A stretch of 63,655 bases of DNA, the filler included, from Octopus bimaculoides (taxonomy: Eukaryota), in NCBI RefSeq assembly GCF_001194135.2. It is 4 parts of 4 records of this genome, joined end to end, with 100 filler letters (N's around TTAATTAATTAA, not from the genome) between each part and the next. Parts side by side here need not be neighbours in the genome. Positions count along the whole stretch, not along the records: positions 1 to 23,015 come from NC_068982.1; 3 more parts are not named here. The stretch is one strand, 5' to 3'. The notes beneath the pieces are model-generated. The model worked only from the letters and a program-made list of their open reading frames with translations, had not been told where the DNA came from and did no database searches. The first letter of the stretch is position 1. Each line of letters starts with the position of its first letter. A program made the position numbers and the translations under genes. This document shows positions 1 through 13,360 of this stretch, piece after piece.

Positions 1-15
1 TATATATATATATAT

Positions 16-150
16 GCAAGAAACTTTTAGTTTCCGTTTACCAAATTCATTCACAAGGATTTGATAGGCTCTAGTCTATAGTGAGACTGAACCTGGAATT
101 ATGCTATTGGGAAGCAAGCTTTTTACCACACAGCCACGCCTCTGCCTATA
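16..150 (-). mobile_element. SINE family A, decayed 5' half
   Basis: Reverse complement matches the head of the 23118-23498 copy (aagcaagctttttaccacacagccacgcc...gcctata; tttccgtttaccaaattcattcacaagg). Confidence 0.75.
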
Positions 151-639
151 ATTATTTTTTTAATGTATCTATTTATTTCCAGATTTATGGTTGTAAAAGT
201 ATGCATCCAAACTTACCCGTCATATACCGCGGTAAAACTAGTTGAAATGATGCGATTATATCTTGATAAAAATTAGCTGCGGAGGCTGTTGTGCGTGTAC
301 ATCAACGCTAATTTACCACTGAAAGAAGTGTGATCCCGTGCCTCAACACTGATTGGCTGTCGAAAGTGATATGATTGTGACTCACTTTTTATTGGCTGCC
401 AAATGTCTCAAAACCGATCACGTATTGGATGTAAAATAACAATAATATCTGTTATCCAATTGAGAATGGAGCGGAGGAGACTTAGCTACTGTTTTAGCTG
501 AGTTAGTATTAATGCTGGTTTTATTGAGCATCAGGCCTGTCCAGACTGAGCAGACCTATTATTAAATACGTTCCATGTATGGCCATCTCGTCTTCCTTTT
601 AGTCATTGCCTATCTAGAATTACATTATCCAATATGTGA

Positions 640-681
640 CACTACCACCACCAACAACAACAACAACGACAACAACTCCAT

Positions 682-714
<33 letters not shown>

Positions 715-951
715 ATCCACGACAGCAACAACAACAAAGATTACTATGATAGAAAAGACGGTATGTTCGAATGATTTCATGGTTTGTTGTTGCTATTGCT
801 GTTGCCGGTGATTGTGATAGTGGTAGTGGTGGTGGTGTTGGTAGTGGTGGTGGTGTTGGTAGTGTTGGTGGTGTTGTTGTTGGTGGTGGTAGTGGTGGTG
901 TTCGAGGTGGTGGTGGTGGTGGTGTTATTGTTCATGGTGATGAAGTCACTG

Positions 952-995
<44 letters not shown>

Positions 996-1009
996 GGTGG
1001 TGGTGGTGG

Positions 1010-1041
<32 letters not shown>

Positions 1042-1336
1042 GTCATAGGGAGGAGGATGAGCAAAAGAGCTGGGTAAGATGGAAAGCGGATTACGATGGA
1101 GATGATGATTGAATATGGCTGTGATTTTAATGAAGTTGGTGATTAAGAGAATACGACTGTTGGTAATGATGATGATCATGATGCTGATGATGATGATGAC
1201 GACGACGACGACGACGATGATGATAATGATAACGGTGATGATAATGACATTAATGATAATGATAATAATCGATGACTCCGACGATAATGATGAAGATTGT
1301 GATGGCGATGATGACGACGACGACGACGACGACGAC

Positions 1337-1377
<41 letters not shown>

Positions 1378-1654
1378 CGATGACGATGATGACGATGATG
1401 ATGATGATGACGATGACGATATTAATGATTATGGTGATGATGTGGGGGAGTCTCATCGTGAAAAAATATTAATGACAGCCGCGTGTGGCGAGTTAAATTG
1501 ATGGGGTAATCAATAACATCACCACCACCACCACCGCCACCACCATCGTCACAGCTATCACCACCACTATTACCACCACAAACACCACCACCTCCACCAT
1601 TACCTCCGCCACACCTCCAACACCACCAGAACCACCTCTACCGCCAACACCCCA

Positions 1655-1702
<48 letters not shown>

Positions 1703-1938
1703 GCTGCTGCTGATGCTGCTGCTGCTGCTTCCATTGCGACTCCTACAAGGACGACGATGACGAAGTCGGTAACTATCAATTAAAATGGCAGTAAAAGACC
1801 CACAAGAACAGGAATAAGGAGGAGGAGGAGGAGGAGGAGGAGGAATTACTTTGGCATTATCTGTGTTGTTGGAGTAAGGCTGTTGGTAGTGTATCTCATA
1901 CTGTTGTGTTTGTAGTAGATGAAAACAAGACTCTATTG

Positions 1939-1969
<31 letters not shown>

Positions 1970-2000
1970 CGATGATGATGATGATGATGATGATGATGAC

Positions 2001-2036
<36 letters not shown>

Positions 2037-2046
2037 AATGATGCTT
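640..2046. repeat. Mosaic of trinucleotide microsatellites (ACT, AAC, GGT, GAT, GAC, CCA, GCT, GGA)
   Basis: Directly visible tandem triplets; they explain all poly-residue ORFs from 575 to 2133. Confidence 0.95.
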
Positions 2047-3535
2047 AGCCGGTTTGGACAGCTAGATCGCATCAATGCATCGCGGCGCTTGCTTGATGGT
2101 CAAAGTAAACGTCCACCGCTCAGAACCGTTTAACATTGCGCACACGATCCGTTAGAGCCGTCCTCTCTTCTCTCTCTTATATGTTCTGGCAATCAAACCA
2201 TTGCTCCATTGCTGCATAAGTTAGAACTCTCAAGGGGCATCCCTTCCGAAATGGAATGCAGGGAGCTGTGTGTCGGTGTATGTGGACGACATCGCCATAA
2301 TGGTGGCATACACCACAGATGTTCAGGTAGTAGATTCCATTTTGAAGGAATACGAGGCAAAAGCTAAGATAAATCCGAACATGTCGGTAGGCTTGCGATT
2401 CGGCAGCTGGAGAAGCAAGTCTATGCCAACGAACAGCACATTAAGTCGATGGACAGACAGACTGGTGAAATTGCTTGGGGTTTGGTTTGGTTTGGTCGGG
2501 ACTTCCAGGAGGACAAGAACTGGAATGTGGTTTGATTAAAAAATTATTCTTGAAAGGTCGAGTAGAGATAGCAAATGCCCACATCACCTGCTTAATAGTT
2601 TACCACCTGACCGTTGTACCTTACACCAGTCCACATTTGGCTAAACTCGAGCGTTTACTTTTCAGCTTAATGTGGAAGGATGCGTTTCACTGGTCAAACA
2701 ATCCATTTGTTGCCAAGACTTTCTAGAAGGTGAGCTTGGTATGCCATAGCTGCTAATGCACAGACACACGCTGTAGAAAAGTCACTTTTCTTGGATATTG
2801 AACTGGTGTGATGTCCGTTTGTTAGACATACGTTTCTGAAACTCTTTGACAGTAATACAATCCTGGGTCAAAAAAATACCAAGATTAGGCGCCTGACATC
2901 TGGAAAATCGCCAGGCACTCATTGTCTTCTACCAATCGAGCAATGCGGTCGATGGGAGTTCTACAGTGGCAATATATAGAAATCTATTGGGGGATAAGGG
3001 CGAGATGACGTTCTCGGTGCAATTCATAGCATTGACGAGGGTGTCCTAGCTGGTCTGTTTCGGAGGGGTTCCAGGCCCGGAACTACCATGGATAACTTCC
3101 AGAAATCCCTAGCCTGGTTGTGCGGTCGAATAACACAACCATTTCGAGGGTAAACTCTACAGGCACGGAAGCACTGTCAGGTAGGACTCTCCGAGTTGCG
3201 CGCAAAACGATGAAACTATTTTGCACGCACTCGTGCAGTGTCCGAGTATTGCTGACTGGTGGAGTCTTGTCGAACAGCTGTCATCGCCTGTGGGACGAAT
3301 CAGACTATATCGGCTGAATCGATTGTGATGACTTCCCTTCCACCCACCTTTAAGAATGCAGGGCAGGCGGTGTTCCTCTGTCTAGTGGCAATGGTGAAAG
3401 AGATTGTTTTGTGAACGAGGCTAAAAGGATTGAGGGAAGACGTTTGTCACTTTAATCAAACCCACATCGACTTTTTTTAAGTTCCACTCTGAAAAGAAAA
3501 TGAGAGTGGGGAGGGAAGTGCTACTTCCCAGTACA
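2047..3535 (+). pseudogene. Decayed Tx1/L1-clade non-LTR retrotransposon ORF2 (RT C-terminal half)
   Basis: Frameshifted motifs VKVNVHRSEPFNI, LLYVLAIKPLL, YVDD (2279-2290), SVGLRFGSWRSK, WTDRLVKLLGVWFG, LKGRVEIANAHI, KLERLLFSLMWK, FFKFHSEKKMRV. Homologous to the younger copy at 13065-13313. Confidence 0.85.
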
Positions 3536-4937
3536 CATCAGCAGAAACTCCATTGTTATTGTAGTTGGTGTTGTGAATGTGGTTATTGTTGTTATTGTTG
3601 TGGTGATGGTGGCGGTGGTTGGCGATGATTTTGTTTTATTGACGTCGTGTTCGAAAATTATTGATCAACTCTGATCGAACACTTACTGAGCTAAGAAACT
3701 GGCACTCTGGGTAACATAACCCTGCTTGTCAGTTACGAGTAAGAAGTTCTAACTTGCAGTCAAGAGCATTGCAGCAGTGATTACCCAGTGTTTCTTCTTA
3801 TAAGGTTTACAACTAAGTATTGTTTGACAGTTTACTTTAGGTTGGTGGAAATTCTACTGAAGAAAATTAGTTAAGAAACTTGGCTACCTTTAATGGGGTC
3901 TACCCTACTGCAAAATATGTAGTAGGAACGCGTATCATTGTTATGCAATAGACAAACTTTTAGATCAGTTCAAATATATTTCGGACATACTTGACCTTGG
4001 AGAAAATTCTCGTTTTAGGAAAAACCAGCAGTCATTTCAGAGCACCATCTATTGACCGATGTGCATTTCAAGGAACAGATACTAAGCGGGGAAACCCTGA
4101 AAGGACTTTGGAAATCAGGGCTTCCTTATAGAAAATCAGTAGAAAATATCTATTGACTGCGTGTAAACAGCTGCGCTGACGATAATTAATGAACTTGAAA
4201 TATATTCATCGTTTCACATGGTCTACTTTGAAATAACAGTTAGTGTGGGGTTTTTTTCAACTGTTACCTATAGAGAAAATTTTTATCCACGGCAAAACGC
4301 TGTGCAAACCAGAGACACATTTAGGCAGTGTCTCTGGTTTGAGGACTTCATATTCTCTCCTCCTTGTTCCTGTCCCACCACACTCAAAGACCATGAAGTG
4401 GCGATAAAAATGGATTAAAGTTACAACGGATGCTGACTGCCGAGATTTGAACTTATAACATGAACAGAAAACGCTCAATACTTTTAATACATAGAGTTCT
4501 TTCGCATATTTTGTTTGACTTCTTATTTTATAATTGTCTGCAAGGTCCAAGCGTATGGACAAGAGACTTTGTTGGAGCCGAACTGTTATTTTTGTACTTG
4601 TTTACACTCAGGTTAACTATAATTGGTCAGAACTATGACTGAGGTGTTCGAACCGTGCCATTCACAGAAAGAAAATTCCTGTTAATAATGATTATCGAGT
4701 TTCCATTCTAGTGCGAGGAGTCCAAAAATACTTGTCTTTTTTTCCTTCTAGTTTTCACCTATTGTGGATCTTCTATTCATTTGTTTTGAATATGTAGTCC
4801 ATACTATGGGCCTCCAAGCAGTTTAGGTGTATTCAGTTCCACTCACAAGACTAGAGTCGATGCTATGCTGTATCACAAGTCACTCGCCCCCAAATTCCAC
4901 ACTGTTGTATCGGGCCCGAGAACTCTTGATTTCAAAA

Positions 4938-5335
4938 AGGCGAGGGCATTGTTGTGTGGTTAAGAAATTCACTTTGCAAACACGTGGTTTCAGGTTAAAT
5001 CCCACTGTGTGGTCATCTTGGGAATTATAGCAGAAGATACTTGGGCAAGGGTCTTCGACTATAGCACCAGGTGACCAATGACTGGTGAATCAGTAGATGG
5101 AAACTGTGTGGAAGCCCTCGTATATGTGTGTATGTCTTTGTGTTTGTGTTTGTCTCCGTCCCCCACCACAATTTCTCCACTGTGTTCCGTTGTTGGTTTG
5201 TTTTTGGTTCTCATAACTTAGCAGTTCCGCAAAAGTGACCGATATAACACGTATCAGATTTTAAAAATACGGGATTCAATTTGACTAAACTCTTCCCAAC
5301 ATAACTGCACTTCAATGACTGAAAGTAAGAGAAAG
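4938..5335 (+). mobile_element. SINE family A, old full-length copy
   Basis: Head gtgtggttaagaa...ggttaaatcccactgtgtgg, cttgggcaag motif, ggaaactg, central (TG)n, cataacttagcagttccgcaaaag, tail aatgactgaaagtaagag. Confidence 0.75.
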
Positions 5336-8300
5336 CATTTTGGGTAAAATTATTTAATTACATTACTGTGTTGTTTTTAAATGTTATTTTAATTTAATAT
5401 TTTAATAAATTCATTAAAGTTATTTAAAAAATAATTTAATTATTTCGATGCCACATTTCTATGGTTTCTGCCGATTCCGCACTTTTACAATCTATTAACA
5501 TTTCTTGTGATAAACTGTATTGATAACCATAACAAACCATAGGAGATACTTCGAAATATTGGTTAAGACACTCAATTATAACCAAGCACTGACACATTAT
5601 AACACTTACACAGTTCTTGAACATTAGCCGCATTTTATATTTGAATTTTGAAATATAATCCAGTAAACTAGTCGTTGAATAACTGCATTTTCCTGAGGGA
5701 ATGTGACAAAAGTGATTTGTACACGCGAGTTGTAAAAGTTGGTTTTCGTCCACTGCAGCAGCATTTTTCAAAAATGCATTACACATTTTGATAAGTCTTT
5801 GCCTAGCAGATGTCGAAAAGGTTTGTAAAGACGTAACGTTCTACTTTTCGTGTAAAGGATTATTTCGTAGTGCGACCCTTGCGCATCTGGAGGGTATGAT
5901 GAGTTCCCGTGTGTATCTTACAGGGTACTGTTGTTGACAATACCCTGTCATACGTAATATATGTTGCAAACCTTTCCTTAGCAACCTTAGCTTTATCAAC
6001 GGCAATGGTTCTAAGATATATATTTCAATAGACATAAAGTGTACTATCGAGGTAAAACAAGCCAGCTTTATGAATATTCTAATGTGTGCTTTATAAATGG
6101 CCGCTCTCCTTGCTGTCACGAATCTGTTTGGGATTTTATCAGGCTATGGGTCGCTTCTTTATAGAGAGGAAATGATTTGTCCACGCCAGCCAGCCCTCAC
6201 ACAATTTCTGCTTACATTTTCGCTGACTTCTGATGTAATTCAAGGTTTATAGATATAAAATGATTGTTTTATATTTTATTGACTCTTCTTGGAGGTATCC
6301 AACCACGCTTCCATTCTAATGAGGTATATATATGTTGAAACTAGAAGGTACCGAGTCTGTCTCTCACAGATCGTGTTGCTCGATTTTACTAGTGTTCACT
6401 CAGATCATCTTTCAAGGTAGGAAACGAAGAGAATTCTGGAGTATTGTGGGATTGGTGCATTCATCATCAACATATCTGAAGGTCGATTACAAAAAAATCT
6501 TTTTGATGTCTTTAAAGTTAGCTTTAGGCCACCTAAGTAATTTGAAAATCCTAGAATTTCAGTGGGATATTCTAAGGATGGAAGGTTCCATTAGCAGGGA
6601 AGATTATCGAGAAGTTTTGTTGTATGTGACTTAGTTGGAAATCAAACTGACTTGATTCTTCATCTGATAACTTTGCAGCAATTATTTATGGAATTTTAAG
6701 ACCTTTATTTTGATAATGATTACTTGTTAAAAGTTTGCTGGATCGGTTCTGGAATGCCACGTATGTGTAGGTTCTGTTGGTTTGGGATTGTAAGCCATAC
6801 ACAAAGAGCAAGTGAGATAGGTGACACATAAGGCTTGTTACAGTATCATATGTGACTGCTTCAGCTGTTTGGCTGACCAATGACCAGTGAGTTTGATGGG
6901 TTTAAGTTGATTTATTTCTCATATTTTTTTTTTTTTGTTTTAAACATCATAGCTTGTAGTACTGAGATGCTTTTAGGTGTTCATCATCGATATTTCATCT
7001 ACGGATCTTTTCTGCTGAGGCCAAGTAAGAGATGTGGACTTCCCCTTTTGTTTAGTGTGTGTGTCTGTGACTTTGTGCGTGCGTGTGTGTGTGTGTGCGT
7101 ACGTGTTATTGTATGCGGATGTTTGTGTGTATGTGTGTGTGTTACTTGCAATATATTCTAAGCCAGGCTTGTGGCTTAGTTTTTCCAGAGAAAGAAAAAA
7201 GAAAATGTTCAATGTTCCATCCCCATATATTGTTGTTAATACTGTTGTTTGCCAGTCAGTTCTTATTTGGCATCATAGCATTTCCTCTTTTCCTGACTCT
7301 CTGCCTTTCTTCTACAGACTTATCACATCTTTACGGAACCATTATTCTTCTTCAATTGATTAAAGAAACGCTGCTTCTTTCGTCTTCCAACCAAACTTTC
7401 TTACTTGATAGTAGTTTATAAATGTCTTTTCTTGAGATGACAATGTTCATGGTCTTGTATATAATCGTGGTAAACTCAACTTTAAGACTTCTAAATAGGT
7501 TTAGCAAATCGGTTCATATAAGGTATCCTTGCATGTCTTAAAATTCCGCTTTTTCTAATGGCATATTATCTTCTGTAATGGTTTGTCTCAGTAAAACCGA
7601 GTATTTATTTCCATCAGAGCAAGATTCATCCTTAAAACGAAAACAAATAGATGGTTCTTAAACTCATTTATTTGTGTTTTATAGTGTGAAGCAGATATAG
7701 GTTTAACTACTTGTGCATTATTCCAGTGTTTAGCGAGCATAATTTCTGCATGAAGAGAGACCTATTTCAGACTCTAGTTAGAATGAAAGAATACTGATTA
7801 TGTTTCGTCCAAAAACTTACTGAACTTCAGCAGACATATTTGAGTACATCATTTACGAGTAAATTGTACTGATAAATAGATGGTAATGAAGACTCGTTCA
7901 CTGGGCTACTTCATTTTTTAGTCACATCCACAATTAACGAAACTAAGTTGGATATTTCGAAACGAACCCACAAACATAAACATACATAGGAATATATAGA
8001 TATAACCAGATATATCTAAACTTACCCAAATACATCTAAGCATACCCAGGTACTTCTAAACTCTATCAGCCATACTGGAATAGGTGTGAAATACCTGAAA
8101 TATTGTGTGAAAGACCTAAATACAACAAAAAAAGTCAAGATGTATTTAAAATACAGGAATTATATTTACGTACACTTAAAGACCTCTCAAACATTCTTGA
8201 AACTTCAAAAATATTGAAGAACTAAACATAACTCATTATTTCCTCTAAACGTAGATGGGTTCAGCTAATCCGTGCAAATACATCGAAAACAGGCAAAGGT

Positions 8301-8716
8301 TTCTAAACACGTTCTGATATACTTAAATACATCAGAACTTAGTAAACATGGCCGGTGGAAACATCCTTATCCATCCAAAGCTACACCAACACAACCTATA
8401 CATTCTAACACACTAAATCACACACACATACACACTCTTTCTCTCTCATTCACTTTCTCTTTGTCTCTCCTATTGTAGGATGTTCTTATAGTCATTTGTT
8501 TGTTTATTTTGGAAATTGTAGTCTCCTGCTTCCTCCTCTTCGTCGTCGTCGTCGGCAGCACTTTCGGTTTACGTATACAGGTGCATTCCTACGGTAAACG
8601 CGACCAAATGTATTCCTCGGCATCTAATCACACCCGTACACATAATTTAGATTTTCCTTGTTTTTAGTCATTCTCTGTTTTTAAATCTATTTATTTAATT
8701 CAGTGTGCTATTAATG

Positions 8717-8723
8717 TTATCAA

Positions 8724-8785
<62 letters not shown>
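8717..8785. repeat. (ATT)n microsatellite
   Basis: Direct. Confidence 0.95.
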
Positions 8786-8786
<1 letters not shown>

Positions 8787-9094
8787 GTTGTCGTCATCGT
8801 CACCATCATTACTTTATATGTTCAGGTGTGTCCTTATTTCGTATTCATTTTTTTTCTTTTTCTTTCCTCATTACGTCCATCTTGTCTATGTCAGTTCCAA
8901 GCTATTATTATCATACATCAAATATTTCCATGTGTTTTGTCACCTGCCAAGGCAGATATTTGAACGTATGCTGGTCAGCATGACAAATATCCTCTCCTTA
9001 CCTTAAGAAACTTGCATTCGGAAGGTGCAAAGACATCCAATTGTACAGCAACTGCTGCACAACATTTGCTAAAGATGAAGGTAGGAAGTAACTA

Positions 9095-9270
9095 CTACCA
9101 TACAGAAAGTCCCTAATTTAGAAGATTGACATGGCTGATTGGATAAATCCCATTACATGATTGGTACTTTGTCGTTCTTGGTGGTATAAAAGGCAAAGTC
9201 AATCTGTGAGGGATTTGACCTCAGGACTTAAAGATATGCAGCAAAAGTACTACTAGGTACTTTGTCCGCC
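9095..9270 (-). mobile_element. SINE family B, decayed
   Basis: ttggtactt...aaaggcaaagtcaa...gatttgacctcag matches the better copy at 57859-58072. Confidence 0.6.
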
Positions 9271-9871
9271 TTTTCCATGAAATATTTTTGTGGCTGTAAA
9301 AAGACTAAAAAGAACTAGAGAATTCCAATACCATAATTGACCAAATCCTTATAAAATTACAAGCGAAATGTTTTCGTTTTTATTGTAACTCGGAACATTG
9401 TCCCTTAACCTGAGCAACAACGTCCTTTAGGGGAATGACATCGGGAGATCAGAAGGAAGCGGTAAATGTCAAGCAGGTGCTATGGGAGGTGCTATGTATT
9501 TAGAAGTTGGTGCGGTGGAAGTTCTTTGAAATGAAATATCTAAACCAATAACCATATTTATTCATGTATAAGTCGCACTATTTCAGAATTGATTTCAACT
9601 GCAAAAACCTGGCGTGCGACTTATACACGGGGTAGGTTTCAATATGAAGTGAAACGAATTTGCATCAGTTTTGAACTGAAAATTAGGGCTGTAACTTATA
9701 CACAAGTAAATACTATATATTTTAAACACAATTTCAATAGAAAAAAAAATTTTGTCAGGGTGAAGGATATATTATCAATGAGCAGAAACATGACTGATGA
9801 CGTGACATGGTCCAGTTAATTTTTCGTTATGTAAGTCCTCACTTTCTTTAGAAGTTTCCATAACAATTTAA

Positions 9872-10267
9872 CATGGACGCATTAGTGACTTTGTGGTAAG
9901 AAATTTGCTTCTGAGCCACATGGTTCTGGGTTCAGACCGACTGCGTGGCACCTAGGGAAATTGTCTTCTTCTATATCCTCGGACATACCAAAGCCTTGTG
10001 AGTGGATTTGGTAGACGGAAACTGAAAACAGCACGTCATATATGTACCTATCTATGTGTGTGTGTCTTTGTGCCTGTGTTTGTCTCCCACCACTGCTTGA
10101 GAAGCGGAGTCGGTGTGTTTACGTTCCCGCAACTTAACAGTTCGGTAACAGTGACTGATGGAATGAGTATCCGGGTTCACAAAAAAAATAATAATGACAA
10201 TAATAACAACAACAACAACAACAACAACAATAATAATAACAACAACAACAACAACGACAAAAACAAC

Positions 10268-10337
<70 letters not shown>

Positions 10338-10428
10338 TATCGGGATCGATTCGTTATACTTAAGGTGGTGCCCCAGCATGGCTGCAATCTAATGATTGAA
10401 ACAAGTAAAAGATAAGAGATAATAAACC
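9872..10428 (+). mobile_element. SINE family A with expanded internal (AAC)n(AAT)n
   Basis: Head gtggtaagaaatttgctt...ggttctgggttcagaccgactgcgtggcacc, gtgagtggatttggtagacggaaactg, tail aggtggtgccccagcatggctgc...attgaaacaagtaaaaga; microsatellite at about 10190-10335. Confidence 0.9.
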
Positions 10429-10789
10429 ACTAAGAAAAAATTAACATCTTTGCAATTAAAATTATCAGCAGGAATTTTAATATTTGCAAAAATTGAGGAG
10501 GGAGAGTTTACAAGTTAGTGACTGAGGTAGTGAGGTATAAAAGGTAGAGATGCAACAGTCTTGACCCTTATTTTTGTGGGAGAAGGTCTTAGTTATTCTC
10601 AGAATAAAGACATTCCGTAAAAAACGACTGAAGATTACGTGATTGTATTAGATTTAGTCAGCCAAACAAGAGTAATATAGTTCTTCTTCAAGGTTTCCAC
10701 ACAGTTTCCGTCTTTCAAATTTCAAACTTATGGCATTAGTCCAATGAAGGCTATGGTATACCTTGCATTTTAATTTTAACTCTTTTTCT

Positions 10790-11868
10790 TTCCCAACAAT
10801 ATTAGTATACAAAATTCGTACCCTCTGACCTTATGAAAATGATAACAACTAAACTATGTTGAGTGATTTTCTCATATGAGTACAAACTGGGTCACTCTAC
10901 CGTAGAAGCTCTATGGAATATCAACCGGGCCTTTGGTAATGGTTTTGTTGACATCAGAACTGCTCAGAAATGGTTCCAAAGCTCTCGTTCAGGAGATGAT
11001 AGCCTTGAAAATAAACCAACGAATAAGCCAAAATTAGTTATTCTGTATGATGGATTAAATGCTTTGGTTGAATAAAAATCCAAGAACTTTCATCAGAACT
11101 CCAAACATCTCGTACCACTGTTTTTGGACACCTGTAAAAAATTGGAAAAGTCAAGAAAACAGACAGGTTTGTTCCACATCAACTGAACGAGATTAAAAAA
11201 AGCAGACGCCTCGAAGTGTGCTCTTTATTGCTTTCTCGACTGGAGAAAGATCATTTTGGCATCAAATCATTACTTGTGATGAGAAATGGATACTCTTTGA
11301 TAACAGTAGGAGAACAGGACAGTGATTAGATGCAGGAGAGTCACCTAAACACTACTCAAGCTTACCATTGCACCCTAAAGAGTGAGTGGTTATTGCATGG
11401 GGGTCTGCGAGGGGAGTTATTCATTATTCATTTTTGCAACAAGGAAAAACAGTAACAGCAGCATCGTATTGCCAGGAAATTGATTGCATGCATGAGAATT
11501 TGAAAAAGGAGCAACCCAGACAAGTGAATAGAGATGGCCCAGTTTAACTCCATGACAATTCACGTCCTCACACTCCTCAAGCTACAGTCCAAAAGTTGCA
11601 AAACCTGATTTTGCAACATCTTCCCTATTCCCCTGATATCTCTTCTACTGATCATCAAGTATTTAAGCATTTTGAGCTTCTCATAAGCAATGAAATATTC
11701 TTAAATAGAGAAGAGGTAATTAGAGCATTCGGACAGTTTATCACAGCAAAAGATGAATTTTATATGAACATGGATCATACTTTGATTAAATAAGTCAGTT
11801 CTCTAACACTTCTGAAACATTTTATTGTTACCTTTCAAATACGACATTTCATGTGAAACAACCTAATA
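10790..11868 (+). mobile_element. Decayed mariner (DD34D-type) transposon; 3' TIR present, 5' TIR not found
   Basis: HTH YEYKLGHSTVEALWNINRAFG, FVPHQL, TCDEKW (11272-11289), HDNSRPH (11551), PYSPDISSTD (D-D spacing 31 by hand count, implying a small deletion), end tttcatgtgaaacaacctaata. Multiple stops and frameshifts. Confidence 0.9.
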
Positions 11869-12061
11869 TATCAATTAATAATTAAGGGTGCTACAAGTGG
11901 CACCGGCACGTTAAAAATGACAGCCAGAGAACGACTACAACCACACATTTTCATTGGTACACATTAACTGAAATTAAACTGAAATTTACGCATGCTATAC
12001 TACCTGATATTATTATAAACAATAATATCCTCATATATGTTTATTTATGCATGGAGACATA

Positions 12062-12081
12062 CAGATAGGTAGGTAGATGGA

Positions 12082-12151
<70 letters not shown>

Positions 12152-12188
12152 CTCAGACAGACAGACAGACAGACAGATAGATAGATAC
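12062..12188. repeat. (GATA)n/(GACA)n microsatellite at the 3' end of the Tx1-like insertion
   Basis: Direct; a matching gacagatagata run resumes at 13313-13360. Confidence 0.95.
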
Positions 12189-13313
12189 ATTTCTTTTATT
12201 AGCCACACAGGGCTCAACGAAGATGGGACAAATACAATGTAGAGCTTTTCTTTTTGGGAGGGGGAAGGANNNNNNNNNNNNNNNNNNNNNNNNNNNNNNN
12301 NNNNNNNNNNNNNNNNNNNNNNNNNNNNNNNNNNNNNNNNNNNNNNNNNNNNNNNNNNNNNNNNNNNNNNNNNNNNNNNNNNNNNNNNNNNNNNNNNNNN
12401 NNNNNNNNNNNNNNNNNNNNNNNNNNNNNNNNNNNNNNNNNNNNNNNNNNNNNNNNNNNNNNNNNNNNNNNNNNNNNNNNNNNNNNNNNNNNNNNNNNNN
12501 NNNNNNNNNNNNNNNNNNNNNNNNNNNNNNNNNNNNNNNNNNNNNNNNNNNNNNNNNNNNNNNNNNNNNNNNNNNNNNNNNNNNNNNNNNNNNNNNNNNN
12601 NNNNNNNNNNNNNNNNNNNNNNNNNNNNNNNNNNNNNNNNNNNNNNNNNNNNNNNNNNNNNNNNNNNNNNNNNNNNNNNNNNNNNNNNNNNNNNNNNNNN
12701 NNNNNNNNNNNNNNNNNNNNNNNNNNNNNNNNNNNNNNNNNNNNNNNNNNNNNNNNNNNNNNNNNNNNNNNNNNNNNNNNNNNNNNNNNNNNNNNNNNNN
12801 NNNNNNNNNNNNNNNNNNNNNNNNNNNNNNNNNNNNNNNNNNNNNNNNNNNNNNNNNNNNNNNNNNNNNNNNNNNNNNNNNNNNNNNNNNNNNNNNNNNN
12901 NNNNNNNNNNNNNNNNNNNNNNNNNNNNNNNNNNNNNNNNNNNNNNNNNNNNNNNNNNNNNNNNNNNNNNNNNNNNNNNNNNNNNNNNNNNNNNNNNNNN
13001 NNNNNNNNNNNNNNNNNNNNNNNNNNNNNNNNNNNNNNNNNNNNNNNNNNNNNNNNNNNNNNNNGTACCTTCCCTCCACTAATCCACTATAGAATGCGTT
13101 AGTTGTGATGCAGTAGCTCAAGGTTGACCCGGGTTGTTGGAGTTGCCGAAGAGCAGCGCGACACTAGCGGTGCCATTCGCCCTTCCTCGGCCTCTTCTTA
13201 ATCCACGACTGCAGTTCGGTCATGGAGACGAGCTGCGGGAAAGCGCGCCGCACAAACGGCGACCACACCTGTTCACCGTTGTCTACGTAGAGCCGGAGAT
13301 GTCGCAGTCTCAG
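12189..13313 (-). mobile_element. 5'-truncated, relatively young Tx1/L1-like LINE copy (middle hidden in N gap)
   Basis: Minus strand 13313-13065 reads LRLRHLRLYVDNGEQVWSPFVRRAFPQLVSMTELQSWIKKRPRKGEWHR, aligning by eye to about 2765-2900. Minus strand 12269-12189 ends gccctgtgtggctaataaaagaaa with a polyA-signal-like motif. Confidence 0.75.
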
Positions 13314-13315
13314 AC

Positions 13316-13360
<45 letters not shown>

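Noticed and set aside
575-2133. Poly-T/D/G/M/I ORFs
   Set aside because: Translations of trinucleotide microsatellites, open in several frames and on both strands. The same applies to similar ORFs elsewhere (10052, 14334, 36387, 43631, 58062, 62537).
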